From a virus: 64,000 nucleotides of DNA. Made by a program: the position numbers and the translations under genes. Numbering within the stretch: position 1 is the first letter of the stretch; each line of letters opens with the position of its first letter. Below are positions 25,416-36,589 of this stretch, piece after piece. Below the pieces are notes generated by a model. It was not told the DNA's origin. It was given only the letters and a program-made list of their open reading frames with translations, and did no database searches. Location: positions 64,001-128,000 of the IMG/VR virus record IMGVR_UViG_3300027747_002198, one strand, 5' to 3'.

Positions 25416-27950
25416 TTGAGTAACTTCTACACTAATGTACAATGCTTTGGTAGTAATATTCTCTATCGAGGCATTAAAGATGGTAAAAGAATAAAAGCAA
25501 GGATCGAGTATTCTCCATCTTTGTTTTTGCCGTCTAAAAGAATCACCAACTTCACCTCACTCGAAGGTGATTATCTCGACCAAAAAATCTTTGGTACCAT
25601 CCGTGAAGCGAGAGATTACATCAAGCAATTTGAAGGTGTTTCTGGTGGTGTGAAGATTTATGGTCAAACCCGTTTTGAGTATGCGTATATTGCAGACCAA
25701 CACACAGGTATGGTTGATTACGACCAAGATAAAGTTCTTATTGCTGTAGTCGATATTGAGGTCGGTTCTGAAAATGGATTCCCTGATCCATACAAAGCAA
25801 ACGAACCAATCACAGCTATTTGTATCAAATATGTCAATGGTCCAACTTATGTGTTTGCTTGTGGTGATTATGTTAAACAAGGTGATGAGAATTATGTGAA
25901 ATGTAAAGACGAATATTCTATTTGCAAACAATTTATGGCTTTGTGGACAAATAAATGTCCTGATATTCTAACTGGTTGGAATACTAAGTTTTTTGATGAG
26001 CCTTATTTGATTAATCGTTTCCGTAAAATTCTTGGTGAAGATGAAACCAAGAAACTTTCTCCATGGAATTATATTGGCGAGCGTAAAACAACAATCAATG
26101 GACGCCAGTTAATTGCCTATAACCTGATGGGTGTTGAATCACTCGATTATATTGAATTGTATAAGTGGTATGCTCCTGGCGGAAAGTCACAAGAATCCTA
26201 TCGTTTAGATGCCATTGCTCAAGTCGAATTGGGTGAAGGCAAAATCTCTTATGATGAATATGATAACTTGCACTCATTGTATCGATTAAACTTCCAAAAA
26301 TTTATTGAGTATAATATCAAAGACGTTGAACTCATTATTAAACTTGAAGAAAAGTTAAAGTTACTCGAATTGGGAATAACTTTGGCCTATGATACCAAAA
26401 CAAACTTTGAAGATATCTTTGCTCAAACTCGTATGTGGGATTCTCTAACATATTCTTATCTGTTTGAAAAGAATATTATTGTTCCTCCTAGAATTACCAA
26501 AGAAAAAGATGGTATGTTTGAAGGTGCTTATGTTAAAGTACCACAAGTTGGTTTACATAATTGGGTTGCATCGTTTGACCTGAATAGTTTGTATCCGCAT
26601 TTGATGATGCAATACAATATTTCTCCTGAAACTTTGATTGAGCCTGAAAATTATTCAGATGAAATGCGTGAGATTTTATCTCAAGGTGTTTCTGTTGATA
26701 AGATGCTGTACAAAAATGTGGATACTTCCAAACTTAAAGGTGCAACTCTAACCCCTAATGGACAATTCTTCCGTACCGATATTCAAGGTTTCTTGCCCAA
26801 AATGATGGAAGAAATGTATACTGATAGAAAGAAGTTTAAGAAGTTAATGTTGCAGGCAAAACAGGAATATGAAAATGAAACTGATGAATCTAAAAAATAT
26901 GAAATTGAAAAGCGAATTGCTAAGTACAACAATATTCAGTTGGCCAAAAAAGTGTCCCTTAATAGTGCTTATGGTGCTTTGGGCTCTCAGTACTTCCGTT
27001 TTTATGATTTGCGTATGGCACTTGGTGTTACTACTGCTGGCCAACTTTCCATCAGGTGGATTGAAAATAAACTTAACGATTGGATGAACAATCTATTAAA
27101 AAGTGAGAAAGATTATGTTATTGCGTCCGATACTGATTCGATTTACCTCAACCTTGGTCCATTGGTTAATAGCATTGTTAAATCAAAGATTGAAACTCCT
27201 AAAGTTATCTCCATCATGGACCGTATTTGTGAGGATAAGATTCAACCTTATATTGACAAGAGTTATCAGGAGTTGGCAGAGTATGTGTGTGCATATTCTC
27301 AAAAGATGGAAATGAAACGTGAGGGTTTGTCCGATAAAGGAATCTGGACCGCCAAGAAGCGATATATTCTAAATGTTTATAACAATGAAGGTGTTCAATA
27401 TAACGAACCACAACTCAAGGTGATGGGTTTGGAGATGATTAAATCGTCTACACCATCGGTTGTTCGTGATAAGATGAAATCGCTTATTAAGATTCTTGTA
27501 TCTGGCACAGAAGATGATGTACAATCATTTATTGCAGAGTTTAGAGAACAATTTAAACATCTACCTGTAGAGGAGATATCTTTTCCTCGTGGTCTGAATG
27601 GGCTAAATACCTATTCACATGCGGTGACCTTATACACTAAAGGTACACCAATCCATGTAAAAGGTGCAATTCTATATAATCATAAATTGAAACAAATGGA
27701 ACTCACCAAAAAGTACCCACTCATTCAAGAAGGCGAGAAAGTTAAGTTTACTTATCTAAAAATGCCAAACACATTTAAAGATAGTGTTGTTTCATTTCCT
27801 AGTAGATTACCTGTCGAATTTGATTTACAAAAGTTTATTGATTATGATACACAATTCGAAAAAACATTCTTGGAACCGATCAAAGTAATTCTTGATTGTA
27901 TGGGATGGAAAACAGAAAAATGTAGTTCAATAGAGGACTTTTTCTCATGA
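25416..27950 (+). CDS. gp43: family B DNA polymerase
   Basis: DIEV exonuclease, SFDLNSLYP, KVSLNSAYG, SDTDS motifs; TTG start. Confidence 0.98.
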   Translation: MSNFYTNVQCFGSNILYRGIKDGKRIKARIEYSPSLFLPSKRITNFTSLEGDYLDQKIFGTIREARDYIKQFEGVSGGVKIYGQTRFEYAYIADQHTGMVDYDQDKVLIAVVDIEVGSENGFPDPYKANEPITAICIKYVNGPTYVFACGDYVKQGDENYVKCKDEYSICKQFMALWTNKCPDILTGWNTKFFDEPYLINRFRKILGEDETKKLSPWNYIGERKTTINGRQLIAYNLMGVESLDYIELYKWYAPGGKSQESYRLDAIAQVELGEGKISYDEYDNLHSLYRLNFQKFIEYNIKDVELIIKLEEKLKLLELGITLAYDTKTNFEDIFAQTRMWDSLTYSYLFEKNIIVPPRITKEKDGMFEGAYVKVPQVGLHNWVASFDLNSLYPHLMMQYNISPETLIEPENYSDEMREILSQGVSVDKMLYKNVDTSKLKGATLTPNGQFFRTDIQGFLPKMMEEMYTDRKKFKKLMLQAKQEYENETDESKKYEIEKRIAKYNNIQLAKKVSLNSAYGALGSQYFRFYDLRMALGVTTAGQLSIRWIENKLNDWMNNLLKSEKDYVIASDTDSIYLNLGPLVNSIVKSKIETPKVISIMDRICEDKIQPYIDKSYQELAEYVCAYSQKMEMKREGLSDKGIWTAKKRYILNVYNNEGVQYNEPQLKVMGLEMIKSSTPSVVRDKMKSLIKILVSGTEDDVQSFIAEFREQFKHLPVEEISFPRGLNGLNTYSHAVTLYTKGTPIHVKGAILYNHKLKQMELTKKYPLIQEGEKVKFTYLKMPNTFKDSVVSFPSRLPVEFDLQKFIDYDTQFEKTFLEPIKVILDCMGWKTEKCSSIEDFFS

Positions 27951-28879
27951 CATATCTAGTATTTCTTGCCGCATTTCTGTTGTCAGGAATATCGGCATAT
28001 TATTCCGTTATCGGTTTAGCAGCGATATTTTCTGGTGCGTTTTGGCCTGTAGTTTTTATGGGTTCTGCATTAGAATTTTCCAAACTCGTAACCGCCTCTT
28101 GGTTATATCGTAATTGGAAAACAATACCAATATTATTAAAAACTTATCTAACTATTGCCGTAGTAGTCCTTATGCTCATCACCTCGATGGGCATTTTTGG
28201 CTTCTTGGCTAAATCTCATATTGATTCTACATTAGATGCTGGCGCAAATACAGTAGAACTCAAAACATTAAATCAACAACAGAAAATTGCAGAAGATAGA
28301 TTAAACTACCTTCTTGCTCGTGCCAAGGATCCATCAACGGCAAGTAATCGTTTAGATAAACAAATTCAGGACACACAAAAAGAACTTACCGATATTAACA
28401 AGAAACGCTTGCCACTTTTAAAAGAATCCAATAAACTTGTAGCAGATGTTGGCCCAATTAAATATGTGGCAGATATGTTCTTTGGTGATGGAGATGGTGC
28501 ATTGGACAAAGCAGTACGAATGGTAATCTTTGCTATTATGCTTGTGTTTGACCCGCTGGCTGTGTTATTATTGATAGCAGGAAATATATCATTAAAGGCA
28601 AAAGATGAGAAAGAAGAGGTTTCAATTCCCGTTTCGGTATCTGAACCTGTTGAGTTGCATAACGAAGCAATTCAAAGAGATGAGGAACGGGAGAGTGATA
28701 AGATTGAAATACCCAAAGAAAACATTACTTCAATCGAGGAGAATGGCCAACAGGAATTTGAAAAGGTAACAATACAAGTAGGACCAGGCAGATATGAAGA
28801 ACACATACTTCCAAAAAAATTAGAACCTAAGTATGATTATAACGATGAATTTGCATTTCGTGAAAAGGAAAATAAATGA
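27947..28879 (+). CDS. membrane protein with coiled coil
   Basis: N-terminal TM helices, VGPIKY, VFDPLAVLLL. Confidence 0.7.
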   Translation: MTYLVFLAAFLLSGISAYYSVIGLAAIFSGAFWPVVFMGSALEFSKLVTASWLYRNWKTIPILLKTYLTIAVVVLMLITSMGIFGFLAKSHIDSTLDAGANTVELKTLNQQQKIAEDRLNYLLARAKDPSTASNRLDKQIQDTQKELTDINKKRLPLLKESNKLVADVGPIKYVADMFFGDGDGALDKAVRMVIFAIMLVFDPLAVLLLIAGNISLKAKDEKEEVSIPVSVSEPVELHNEAIQRDEERESDKIEIPKENITSIEENGQQEFEKVTIQVGPGRYEEHILPKKLEPKYDYNDEFAFREKENK

Positions 28880-29955
28880 GTATTCTTGATAAAATTAAAA
28901 AGAATAGTAGTATTAAAGATTCTGCTATTCTATCCAAGTCAAAATTCTTTACAAATAAAGATATGATACCTACCGCAATTCCCATTATTAATGTGGCGTT
29001 GTCTGGTAAATTGGACGGTGGTTTAACACCAGGTCTTACAATGTGGGCAGGTCCATCAAAACATTTTAAGACCGCTTTTTCACTTTTGATGGCAAAATCT
29101 TATTTAGACAAATATCCCGATGCGGCTCTTTTATTCTACGATAGTGAGTTTGGTACTCCTCAGAGTTATTTTGACAGTTTTGGTATCGATACCGAGCGTG
29201 TATTGCACACTCCCCTTACAGATATTGAACAACTCAAATCCGACATTATGCAACAACTTTCGAATATTGATAGGGGTGACCGATTAATTATTGTTGTCGA
29301 TTCTATTGGTAATTTGGCATCAATCAAAGAAGTCAATGATGCACTCGATGGCAAAACTGTTGCTGATATGACTAGAGCTAAATCAGTTAAATCATTATTC
29401 AGAATGGTTACACCACATCTTTCAATCAAAGATATTCCAATGATTGTAGTAAATCACACTTACATGGAAATTGGAATGTTCCCTAAAGCAATCGTTGGTG
29501 GTGGAACCGGTTCATATTATTCTGCTGATAACATTTTCGTATTAGGTCGTCAACAAGAAAAGGAAGGTACCGAAGTTGTTGGATATAATTTTATCATTAA
29601 TGTTGAAAAGTCTAGATATGTTCGTGAAAAGTCTAAAATTCCTGTTACCGTATCTTTTGATGGTGGTATTAGTAAGTGGTCTGGTCTACTTGATATTGCC
29701 TTGGATTCTGGCCATGTGGTTAAACCCACTAACGGGTGGTATGCCAAAGTTGATTTAGAAACTGGTGAAGTTGATGAAAAGAAATATCGAATCAAAGATA
29801 CCGACACTAAAGAATTTTGGTTACCAATTTTAAAACAAAAATCCTTCAGAGATTATATTGAAAAAACATATAGTATTTCTAATGGAAATATTATACAAGG
29901 CGATATTGATGAAGCGTTTGAAATTGAAACAACAAACGGAGTAGAAGATGATTGA
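28876..29955 (+). CDS. uvsX: RecA-like recombinase
   Basis: GPSKHFKT, FYDSEFG, DSIGNLAS. Confidence 0.96.
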   Translation: MSILDKIKKNSSIKDSAILSKSKFFTNKDMIPTAIPIINVALSGKLDGGLTPGLTMWAGPSKHFKTAFSLLMAKSYLDKYPDAALLFYDSEFGTPQSYFDSFGIDTERVLHTPLTDIEQLKSDIMQQLSNIDRGDRLIIVVDSIGNLASIKEVNDALDGKTVADMTRAKSVKSLFRMVTPHLSIKDIPMIVVNHTYMEIGMFPKAIVGGGTGSYYSADNIFVLGRQQEKEGTEVVGYNFIINVEKSRYVREKSKIPVTVSFDGGISKWSGLLDIALDSGHVVKPTNGWYAKVDLETGEVDEKKYRIKDTDTKEFWLPILKQKSFRDYIEKTYSISNGNIIQGDIDEAFEIETTNGVEDD

Positions 29956-30268
29956 AGGTGTTGATTATTGTTTCATCTATCCCAAAGATGATGCAAGCTC
30001 GGTACATATTAAATTCTTAGAAGGACCTTATAAAGACACCATGTTCAAATATGGCAAAGTAAAGTTTGAGGAAAAGAATGATTTAGTCTATTTACTTTTT
30101 GGTTACGATGTGTTAGAATCCACCGTAGATAAACCAAAGAAATTGGAAAAAGATGAAACATTTAAGAATTACATTGGTGATTTACTTGTCGAACTTATGT
30201 CGGCTAACATTGAGCAGGAAATAATTGATGAAACTGGAACAGACGATATTAAAAACCCTGATTTATAA
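29948..30268 (+). CDS. hypothetical protein (gp40 position)
   Basis: Between uvsX and gp41. Confidence 0.6.
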   Translation: MIEGVDYCFIYPKDDASSVHIKFLEGPYKDTMFKYGKVKFEEKNDLVYLLFGYDVLESTVDKPKKLEKDETFKNYIGDLLVELMSANIEQEIIDETGTDDIKNPDL

Positions 30269-31619
30269 TGAAGATTATTTACGGAAAGTTTTACCATTCC
30301 TAAAATCTGATTATTTTTCGGATAGTGTTGAGAAAGTATTATACCATGAGATTACATCATTCACAGAAACTTATAATAACTCACCATCGATTGAAGCAAT
30401 TAGTATTGCCATCAAAGAAAGGCGTAATCTTACGGCTGACGAAGTTGAGAGATGTGAAACTTATCTACAAGAAATTGAGGTTAATAGTAAAACAGAAGCC
30501 GAGATTCAATGGCTTGTTGATAAGACAGAGAAGTTTTGCCAAGAGAAGGCCATATACAATGCAGTATTGGGGTCTATTTCAATTCTCGATGGCAAGGACA
30601 AAAATCATGACAAAGGTCAGATTCCCAAGATATTATCGGACGCCTTGGCCATTTCATTCGATAACTCAGTAGGACACGATTACTTACAGGACTCAGATGA
30701 TCGATTTGAATTCTATCATAGAAAAGAGGAACGAATTCCTTTCGACTTGGAATACTTCAACAAGATTACAAAAGGTGGTCTGCCAACTAAAACTCTCAAT
30801 ATTGCTCTTGCTGGGACTGGTGTTGGTAAATCACTTTTTATGTGTCATGTGGCTGCAGGAGCAATGGTACAAGGCAAAAACGTATTGTATATTACGCTTG
30901 AAATGGCTGAAGAAAAGATTGCTGAACGTATTGACGCAAATCTTCTCAATGTATCACTAGATGATTTAATGGACTTACCAAAGGATATGTATGACAAAAA
31001 AGTTAATCGTGTTCGTGAAAAGTGTACTGGTAAACTTATCATTAAGGAATATCCAACCGCTTCAGCGTCTGTCACTCATTTTAGGACTTTACTAAATGAA
31101 CTTAATCTCAAGCGTTCTTTTGTACCTGACATTATATTTGTTGATTATCTTAATATCTGTTGTTCTTCCCGTATTAAGGCTGGTGCGAATATTAATTCCT
31201 ACACTTATGTCAAGAGCATCGCTGAAGAGCTTAGAGGATTGGCGGTTGAGTATAATGTTCCTATTGTATCTGCTACACAGACTACCAGAAGCGGATTTAC
31301 GAGCAGTGATCCAGGACTTGAAGATACGAGTGAAAGCTTCGGACTTCCCGCCACGGCAGACTTAATGTTCGCTTTGATTTCTTCTGAAGAACTAGAAGAA
31401 CTTGGGCAGATTATGGTGAAACAATTAAAGAATCGATATAATGACCCAACATTCCATAAACGATTTACTGTTGGTGTTGACCGAGCAAAGATGAAATTAT
31501 ACGATATTGAACAATCAGCACAAAAAGGCATTGCAGATGCTGGCCACGACAAACCTCTAAACACATTTGGTACCAGAGAAGAAAAATCTAAAAAATCATT
31601 TGATGGATTTAAAGTATGA
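30228..31619 (+). CDS. gp41: replicative DnaB-like helicase
   Basis: AGTGVGKS, ITLEMAEE, VDYLN, SATQTTR, QLKNRY. Confidence 0.97.
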   Translation: MKLEQTILKTLIYNEDYLRKVLPFLKSDYFSDSVEKVLYHEITSFTETYNNSPSIEAISIAIKERRNLTADEVERCETYLQEIEVNSKTEAEIQWLVDKTEKFCQEKAIYNAVLGSISILDGKDKNHDKGQIPKILSDALAISFDNSVGHDYLQDSDDRFEFYHRKEERIPFDLEYFNKITKGGLPTKTLNIALAGTGVGKSLFMCHVAAGAMVQGKNVLYITLEMAEEKIAERIDANLLNVSLDDLMDLPKDMYDKKVNRVREKCTGKLIIKEYPTASASVTHFRTLLNELNLKRSFVPDIIFVDYLNICCSSRIKAGANINSYTYVKSIAEELRGLAVEYNVPIVSATQTTRSGFTSSDPGLEDTSESFGLPATADLMFALISSEELEELGQIMVKQLKNRYNDPTFHKRFTVGVDRAKMKLYDIEQSAQKGIADAGHDKPLNTFGTREEKSKKSFDGFKV

Positions 31620-31828
31620 GAGAAACACACAAAAGAACAATAGTAAGAATGCTTAGTTATAGAATTACAGCTTGGTTATTTACTATTCTGTGGACATATT
31701 TAATTACCGGTGATATTGGTAAATCGACAGGATTTGCTACAATATTACATATTTTATTAAGTGTAGATTATTATATTCATGAACGAATTTGGTTAAAAAT
31801 CAAATGGGGTACAAATGATTCTAACTAG
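31616..31828 (+). CDS. DUF2061-like small membrane protein
   Basis: ETHKRTIVRMLSYR...YYIHERIW. Confidence 0.7.
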   Translation: MRETHKRTIVRMLSYRITAWLFTILWTYLITGDIGKSTGFATILHILLSVDYYIHERIWLKIKWGTNDSN

Positions 31829-32924
31829 AGAACAAGCACTACATGTATCAAAAGTATTCCATGATTATTTTAGTAACATGGGAAGTACCGAAGAATACAT
31901 GCGTGACGAGAAGTTGAAGAATCTTGATAATATACCATCCTCATTATTTCCACCAGAAGATGATTTGTTCTCTGACTTCTCTATGCACCCAAAAGATATG
32001 GATATTGAAGTTTGTGAAATTGATAATTCACAATGGGAAACGTTACTTGCTATTACCAGTTCACATATCAACAAAGCACCAGTTGGTAAGAATGTTCAAT
32101 TGGCAGTAAAAGAACGGAACTCAGGAAAGATTCTAGGATTTATTCGGTTGGGTTCACCAGTTATCTATATGAAACCTCGTAATGAACTCTTGGGGCAAGT
32201 TTGGATTCAACAGGAAGATACAGCCAAACGATTCAATACTGCTTGTGTTATGGGATTTGTAATTGTACCAGCACAACCATTTGGATTTAATTACCTAGGT
32301 GGTAAACTTCTATCTGCCATTTGTACCAGTCATACTGTGAGAGATATTTGTAATAAGAAATATGGTATGAATGTGTGTTTATTTGAAACTACCAGTTTGT
32401 ATGGAAGTACAAAGTCTGTATCACAATACGATGGCATGAAACCCTATATTCGTTTCCGTGGTTTGACTGAATCTGATATTGTGCCAATGATGCACGGTGA
32501 ACGATATCACGACTTAAAGAACTTTGTGGAGAATATTACTGGAGATTTATTGGCAGGAGATACTTCAAGTACTAGTAGAAAACTAAGAACCTTTACCAAG
32601 ATTATAGCTTTAACTAAAGCAGCTTTAAAGGGGAGTTCTGAAGGGGAGGCATTCCTTTTAACGATTGAGAACGCCAAAAGGTTGACAGAAAAGAAAAGAT
32701 ATTATACATCCGATTTTGGGTATAATAACTCCGTTGATTATATGAACTGTAAAACTGATACATTGGTTCCTGGTCCTAATTATGAGAAACATGAGTTAAA
32801 GAACATCATTGAGTGGTGGCGGAGCAAAGCTATAAATAGATATGAAACCCTTAAATCTGAGGACAGATTAAGAACAGAACTTGAAGTATGGACTTCAGGT
32901 AAAGAAATTCAAATTATAAGATAA
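31815..32924 (+). CDS. DUF4338/DruA-like protein (paralogue 2)
   Basis: IVPAQPFGFNYLGGKLL, FETTSLYG, SQYDG. Confidence 0.6.
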   Translation: MILTREQALHVSKVFHDYFSNMGSTEEYMRDEKLKNLDNIPSSLFPPEDDLFSDFSMHPKDMDIEVCEIDNSQWETLLAITSSHINKAPVGKNVQLAVKERNSGKILGFIRLGSPVIYMKPRNELLGQVWIQQEDTAKRFNTACVMGFVIVPAQPFGFNYLGGKLLSAICTSHTVRDICNKKYGMNVCLFETTSLYGSTKSVSQYDGMKPYIRFRGLTESDIVPMMHGERYHDLKNFVENITGDLLAGDTSSTSRKLRTFTKIIALTKAALKGSSEGEAFLLTIENAKRLTEKKRYYTSDFGYNNSVDYMNCKTDTLVPGPNYEKHELKNIIEWWRSKAINRYETLKSEDRLRTELEVWTSGKEIQIIR

Positions 32925-34214
32925 ATGGCAGATACCACTACTTTAGCTGAGGCCTCACAAGCACTTTTTTGTTCCTTGGCGGACTATGTTTTATTAAAAA
33001 GAGAAAAATTAGATATAGTTTTTGATGTGGATAATGCTGCCACATATCCAGGTTTTAAATTACTTTGGGAAAATAATAAAAAATTACCCGATTCAATAGA
33101 ACACATATACAATAACCATACAGATACTCCACAAGCCAGTTTACCTGTTTTGGAAAAGTTTTTAGAAAAGAATGTGGATTGGTACGAATCATCAGTATTG
33201 ATTGCAAAAAAACTTGTATCTGATATTGATAAAGTATTAGGAAAAACTACAGGAATTAAAAAACCTAAAGCCAGTGAAATTTGGTTTGTTCGTGGTGACG
33301 ATACTGTAATGAAAAACATTCAAATTTTATTTGATAAAGCCAATGCAACAGCTAAAGCCATTAATAAAGTTGATGACATAGGCGCTAAAGGTATAGTATT
33401 TGGTGATATTAATAAATGGAGTCCTGCCGATATTTACTTTGCTTCGGATAAAGCCAGAGATAAAATTCAAAAAACTGTAGATGCAAATTCCAATAAAACA
33501 GGATTTATTTTTTCAAGTTTAAATATACTCATCAGCGATTTAATTGAACAAGGACAATTATTGCCTTTATCACTCAAAAAACAAACAAAAGAAGTTACAT
33601 TACAAAAAGTTAATTTTAGTCGTCAAGATGAATTAAAAGTAATTTCAAAATATGAATATAATGGAACAAGTCCTTGGAAACCATACAAAATAAATCAACC
33701 ACAAACTAGAGATATGAAGATTTATTTTAATCCGAACAGTCCAAAAGATTATATTAAAGTGAAACACGATGTATCTGGTGGTGCTTTTAAATGTGACGTT
33801 GTTTATGCTGGTGCTGAAGCTCGAGCAGGTTCTTTAGCATCTATTGAAATATTTTCAGCATTGGTTGGTGTAATTGATTCTAAGTTTGCCGGAGAAATTA
33901 AAAAAACTTTTGATGAAGGAAATAAAATATATAGAAAAGAGTTGGCTGCGTGGTTGAAAAAGTATGCAGGATCTAAAAAACCAGAACTTGAAAAAGATAG
34001 TGTAACTGGTAAAAATAAAAAAACTCCGCTTAGAGAATTATTTGAAAAAGAACGAGCAGAATTGAGTGCATTGAACGTTATCAATAAAATTATGCCAAAA
34101 ATTAAAAATTGGCTAAATCAAGATAAAGATAGAGCAGATAGTTTTGTTCGTATCATTTATGAATATTCAACTTCTCGAACAAAAGATTCAGGTAAATTTG
34201 TTATAGCAAAATAG
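32925..34214 (+). CDS. hypothetical protein (possible PD-(D/E)xK nuclease fold)
   Basis: NKWSPADIY...LLPLSLKK pattern. Confidence 0.55.
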   Translation: MADTTTLAEASQALFCSLADYVLLKREKLDIVFDVDNAATYPGFKLLWENNKKLPDSIEHIYNNHTDTPQASLPVLEKFLEKNVDWYESSVLIAKKLVSDIDKVLGKTTGIKKPKASEIWFVRGDDTVMKNIQILFDKANATAKAINKVDDIGAKGIVFGDINKWSPADIYFASDKARDKIQKTVDANSNKTGFIFSSLNILISDLIEQGQLLPLSLKKQTKEVTLQKVNFSRQDELKVISKYEYNGTSPWKPYKINQPQTRDMKIYFNPNSPKDYIKVKHDVSGGAFKCDVVYAGAEARAGSLASIEIFSALVGVIDSKFAGEIKKTFDEGNKIYRKELAAWLKKYAGSKKPELEKDSVTGKNKKTPLRELFEKERAELSALNVINKIMPKIKNWLNQDKDRADSFVRIIYEYSTSRTKDSGKFVIAK

Positions 34215-34222
34215 GATAAATT

Positions 34223-34501
34223 ATGGCACTAATTGATTTTGATAAACTCTCTAAACAATATGAAGATGATAATGACTTTGGATTCTCTGCCGTTTCGGAA
34301 GAAGAATACAATGCTGTCATCAATAATACCACAAAAACTGCTGAGGATTACAAGGCACGGCTTGCCGAAGTAGAAAAGATTGTGATACCCTTCCTTACAA
34401 AACTTCATTCTACTGGAGATAAAGAATACATATATTGGCCTAATCGTAAACCGGTTATCGAAAAACAAATTGAAAGAATATTGAAACTAACAAGAGATTA
34501 A
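34223..34501 (+). CDS. hypothetical protein
   Basis: DFGFSAV...IIPFL-like...YIYWPNR. Confidence 0.7.
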   Translation: MALIDFDKLSKQYEDDNDFGFSAVSEEEYNAVINNTTKTAEDYKARLAEVEKIVIPFLTKLHSTGDKEYIYWPNRKPVIEKQIERILKLTRD

Positions 34502-34503
34502 TT

Positions 34504-35217
34504 ATGTCTGCTACTGTGATTATACCAACGACTGGAGTGCCAGAAGTTGTTGATGCTGTAAAGTCTGTTTTAAATCAAACTTATCCTACTGATTGTTATG
34601 TGGTCATCGATGGTGATGACTATGTTGATAAAGCTGTTGAATTATTAAAACAATTTGATGGTAATGAACGATTCCATATTACTGCTTTACCTGTCAATGT
34701 TGGTGCCAAAGGTTTTTATGGCCACCGAATCTATGCAGCATTTACCCACCTTATTAATACTAATTATGTTATGTGGCTCGACCAAGATAACTGGTTGGGT
34801 AATCGTCATGTGCAAGAATGTGTTGAAACAATAGAAGCCAGAAATTTAGATTGGTGTTACGCTTTACGACAAATACATCATAAGAGTGGAGATTTTGCTG
34901 CCTTTGATGATTGTGAATCTCTAGGTAAATGGCAATCGTATCACGGAATAAATCATATAGATACTAATTGTTATTGTGTTAAAACAGAAGTAGCAACAAA
35001 AATTGCAAGTGTGTGGCATGGTGGCTGGGGGCAAGATAGAGTATTCTTATCCACAATTTCTCAATACTTTCCAAAATTTGATTGCACAAATGAATATACG
35101 GTACATTACCGTGTAGATGGTGGCAGAGGTTCTGTAACATCAGAATTCTTTGAAAATGGAAATAAAATAATGAATGAAAAATATAATGGAGTTTACCCAT
35201 GGCGCAAAAAGACCTAA
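34504..35217 (+). CDS. glycosyltransferase family 2
   Basis: TVIIPT, SVLNQTY, VVIDG, LDQDN. Confidence 0.85.
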   Translation: MSATVIIPTTGVPEVVDAVKSVLNQTYPTDCYVVIDGDDYVDKAVELLKQFDGNERFHITALPVNVGAKGFYGHRIYAAFTHLINTNYVMWLDQDNWLGNRHVQECVETIEARNLDWCYALRQIHHKSGDFAAFDDCESLGKWQSYHGINHIDTNCYCVKTEVATKIASVWHGGWGQDRVFLSTISQYFPKFDCTNEYTVHYRVDGGRGSVTSEFFENGNKIMNEKYNGVYPWRKKT

Positions 35218-36056
35218 TTATTGGCGGATTTACAGGATACAATTATAATCAACTAAAACCATGGGTCGAATCAATCGATGACTGTGGTTTTACTGGTGAC
35301 AAAGTGATGGTGGTTGGTGATGCCTCACAAGAAACTATCGGTGAACTAATCAAAAGGAACTTTGTTATTGTTCCAATGATGAGAATCAATGCTCCTGTTC
35401 ATGTAGCACGATTCTTATCAATCTACGACTTTCTCAAAGCACATTATAACCGATATCGTTATGTGGTTACCACAGACGTTAAAGATGTTATATTTCAAAC
35501 TAATCCAATGGTTTGGTTAGAAAATAATTTAGGCAGTTCCCAATTGGTTGCCGGTTCAGAAGGAATGAAATATAAAGATGAGCCATGGGGTAATGAGAAT
35601 CTAATGCAAACTTATGGTCCGTATGTACATGAGTTGTTCAAAAATAATAAAATCTACAATGTTGGAACAATCGGTGGTGATGCAGAGTATGTTAAAGATA
35701 TGGTGTTTAATATTTTTTGGAACGCAATCAACCGACCTATTCCTATCTGTGATCAAGCGGTTTATAATGTTCTAATTCAAACACAACCTTTCTTTGATGC
35801 AACAAAATTTGCCGACCAACAAGATGGTTGGGCTTGTCAAGCAGGCACAACAGTAGATCCATCCAAGATTGAACAGTTTAGACCTTTCTTAACCGAGAAA
35901 GAACCAATCTTTGAAGATGGTATTGTAAAAACTTGTGATGGTGTTCCGTTTGCTATTGTGCACCAATATGACCGAGTACCGGAATGGAAGAAATTTATTC
36001 AAGAGAAGTATAAACAAGAAGAACCCGAAGCATTTTTCACTTATAGGACAACATAA
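35199..36056 (+). CDS. GT-A-like glycosyltransferase
   Basis: TDVKDVIFQTNP, DQAVYN, IVHQYDR. Confidence 0.6.
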   Translation: MAQKDLIIGGFTGYNYNQLKPWVESIDDCGFTGDKVMVVGDASQETIGELIKRNFVIVPMMRINAPVHVARFLSIYDFLKAHYNRYRYVVTTDVKDVIFQTNPMVWLENNLGSSQLVAGSEGMKYKDEPWGNENLMQTYGPYVHELFKNNKIYNVGTIGGDAEYVKDMVFNIFWNAINRPIPICDQAVYNVLIQTQPFFDATKFADQQDGWACQAGTTVDPSKIEQFRPFLTEKEPIFEDGIVKTCDGVPFAIVHQYDRVPEWKKFIQEKYKQEEPEAFFTYRTT

Positions 36057-36058
36057 TC

Positions 36059-36589
36059 ATGGATTTTGAACAATTATATCAAGAAGCTTGTGCCAAAGAA
36101 ACTGACATCTTTGAACATTTACCTGTATTATCAGATTTGACTTCACAATGTAAACACGTTACTGAACTTGGTGTTGGTTGGGCTCAAAGTACCCGAGCAT
36201 TTCTCCGTCACGATGTTGAATTACATAGTTATGAATTGATGCCACAACCTGGTATTGTCGAGTTTTTTGAACAGGCAAAAGCCGCTGGACGAAATGTTTA
36301 TTTGCATATTGATGATACTCGTAAAGTTGAAATTGCACCTACAGAATTGTTGTTTGTTGATAGTTTACATATTTACGAACAAGTACAAAAAGAATTACAA
36401 TTACATGCTGATAAAGCAAGTAAGTATCTTGTATTCCATGATACAACATCTTATGCTGTTAATGGTGAATTTGGTGGCAAAGGTATTTGGCCTGCTATTC
36501 AGGAGTTTATGGATACACATCCAGAATGGGAATTACTTGAACGCAGAACTAACAATAACGGACTAACAACTTTGAAACGAGTTGCATGA
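36059..36589 (+). CDS. SAM-dependent methyltransferase (Methyltransf_24-like)
   Basis: [19 protein letters not shown]. Confidence 0.75.
   Translation: MDFEQLYQEACAKETDIFEHLPVLSDLTSQCKHVTELGVGWAQSTRAFLRHDVELHSYELMPQPGIVEFFEQAKAAGRNVYLHIDDTRKVEIAPTELLFVDSLHIYEQVQKELQLHADKASKYLVFHDTTSYAVNGEFGGKGIWPAIQEFMDTHPEWELLERRTNNNGLTTLKRVA

Noticed and set aside
25416-27950. Intron or intein in gp43 (also considered for nrdA, nrdB, gp41)
   Set aside because: ORFs are continuous and of normal or short length, with no intein motifs seen.
28605-28769. Out-of-frame basic ORF inside the membrane protein gene
   Set aside because: No convincing RBS or recognisable features; likely chance.
32831-32838. TATAAATA within the 31815 gene
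   Set aside because: May be a real late promoter for 32925, but it lies in coding sequence of an AT-rich genome; not enough support to list.
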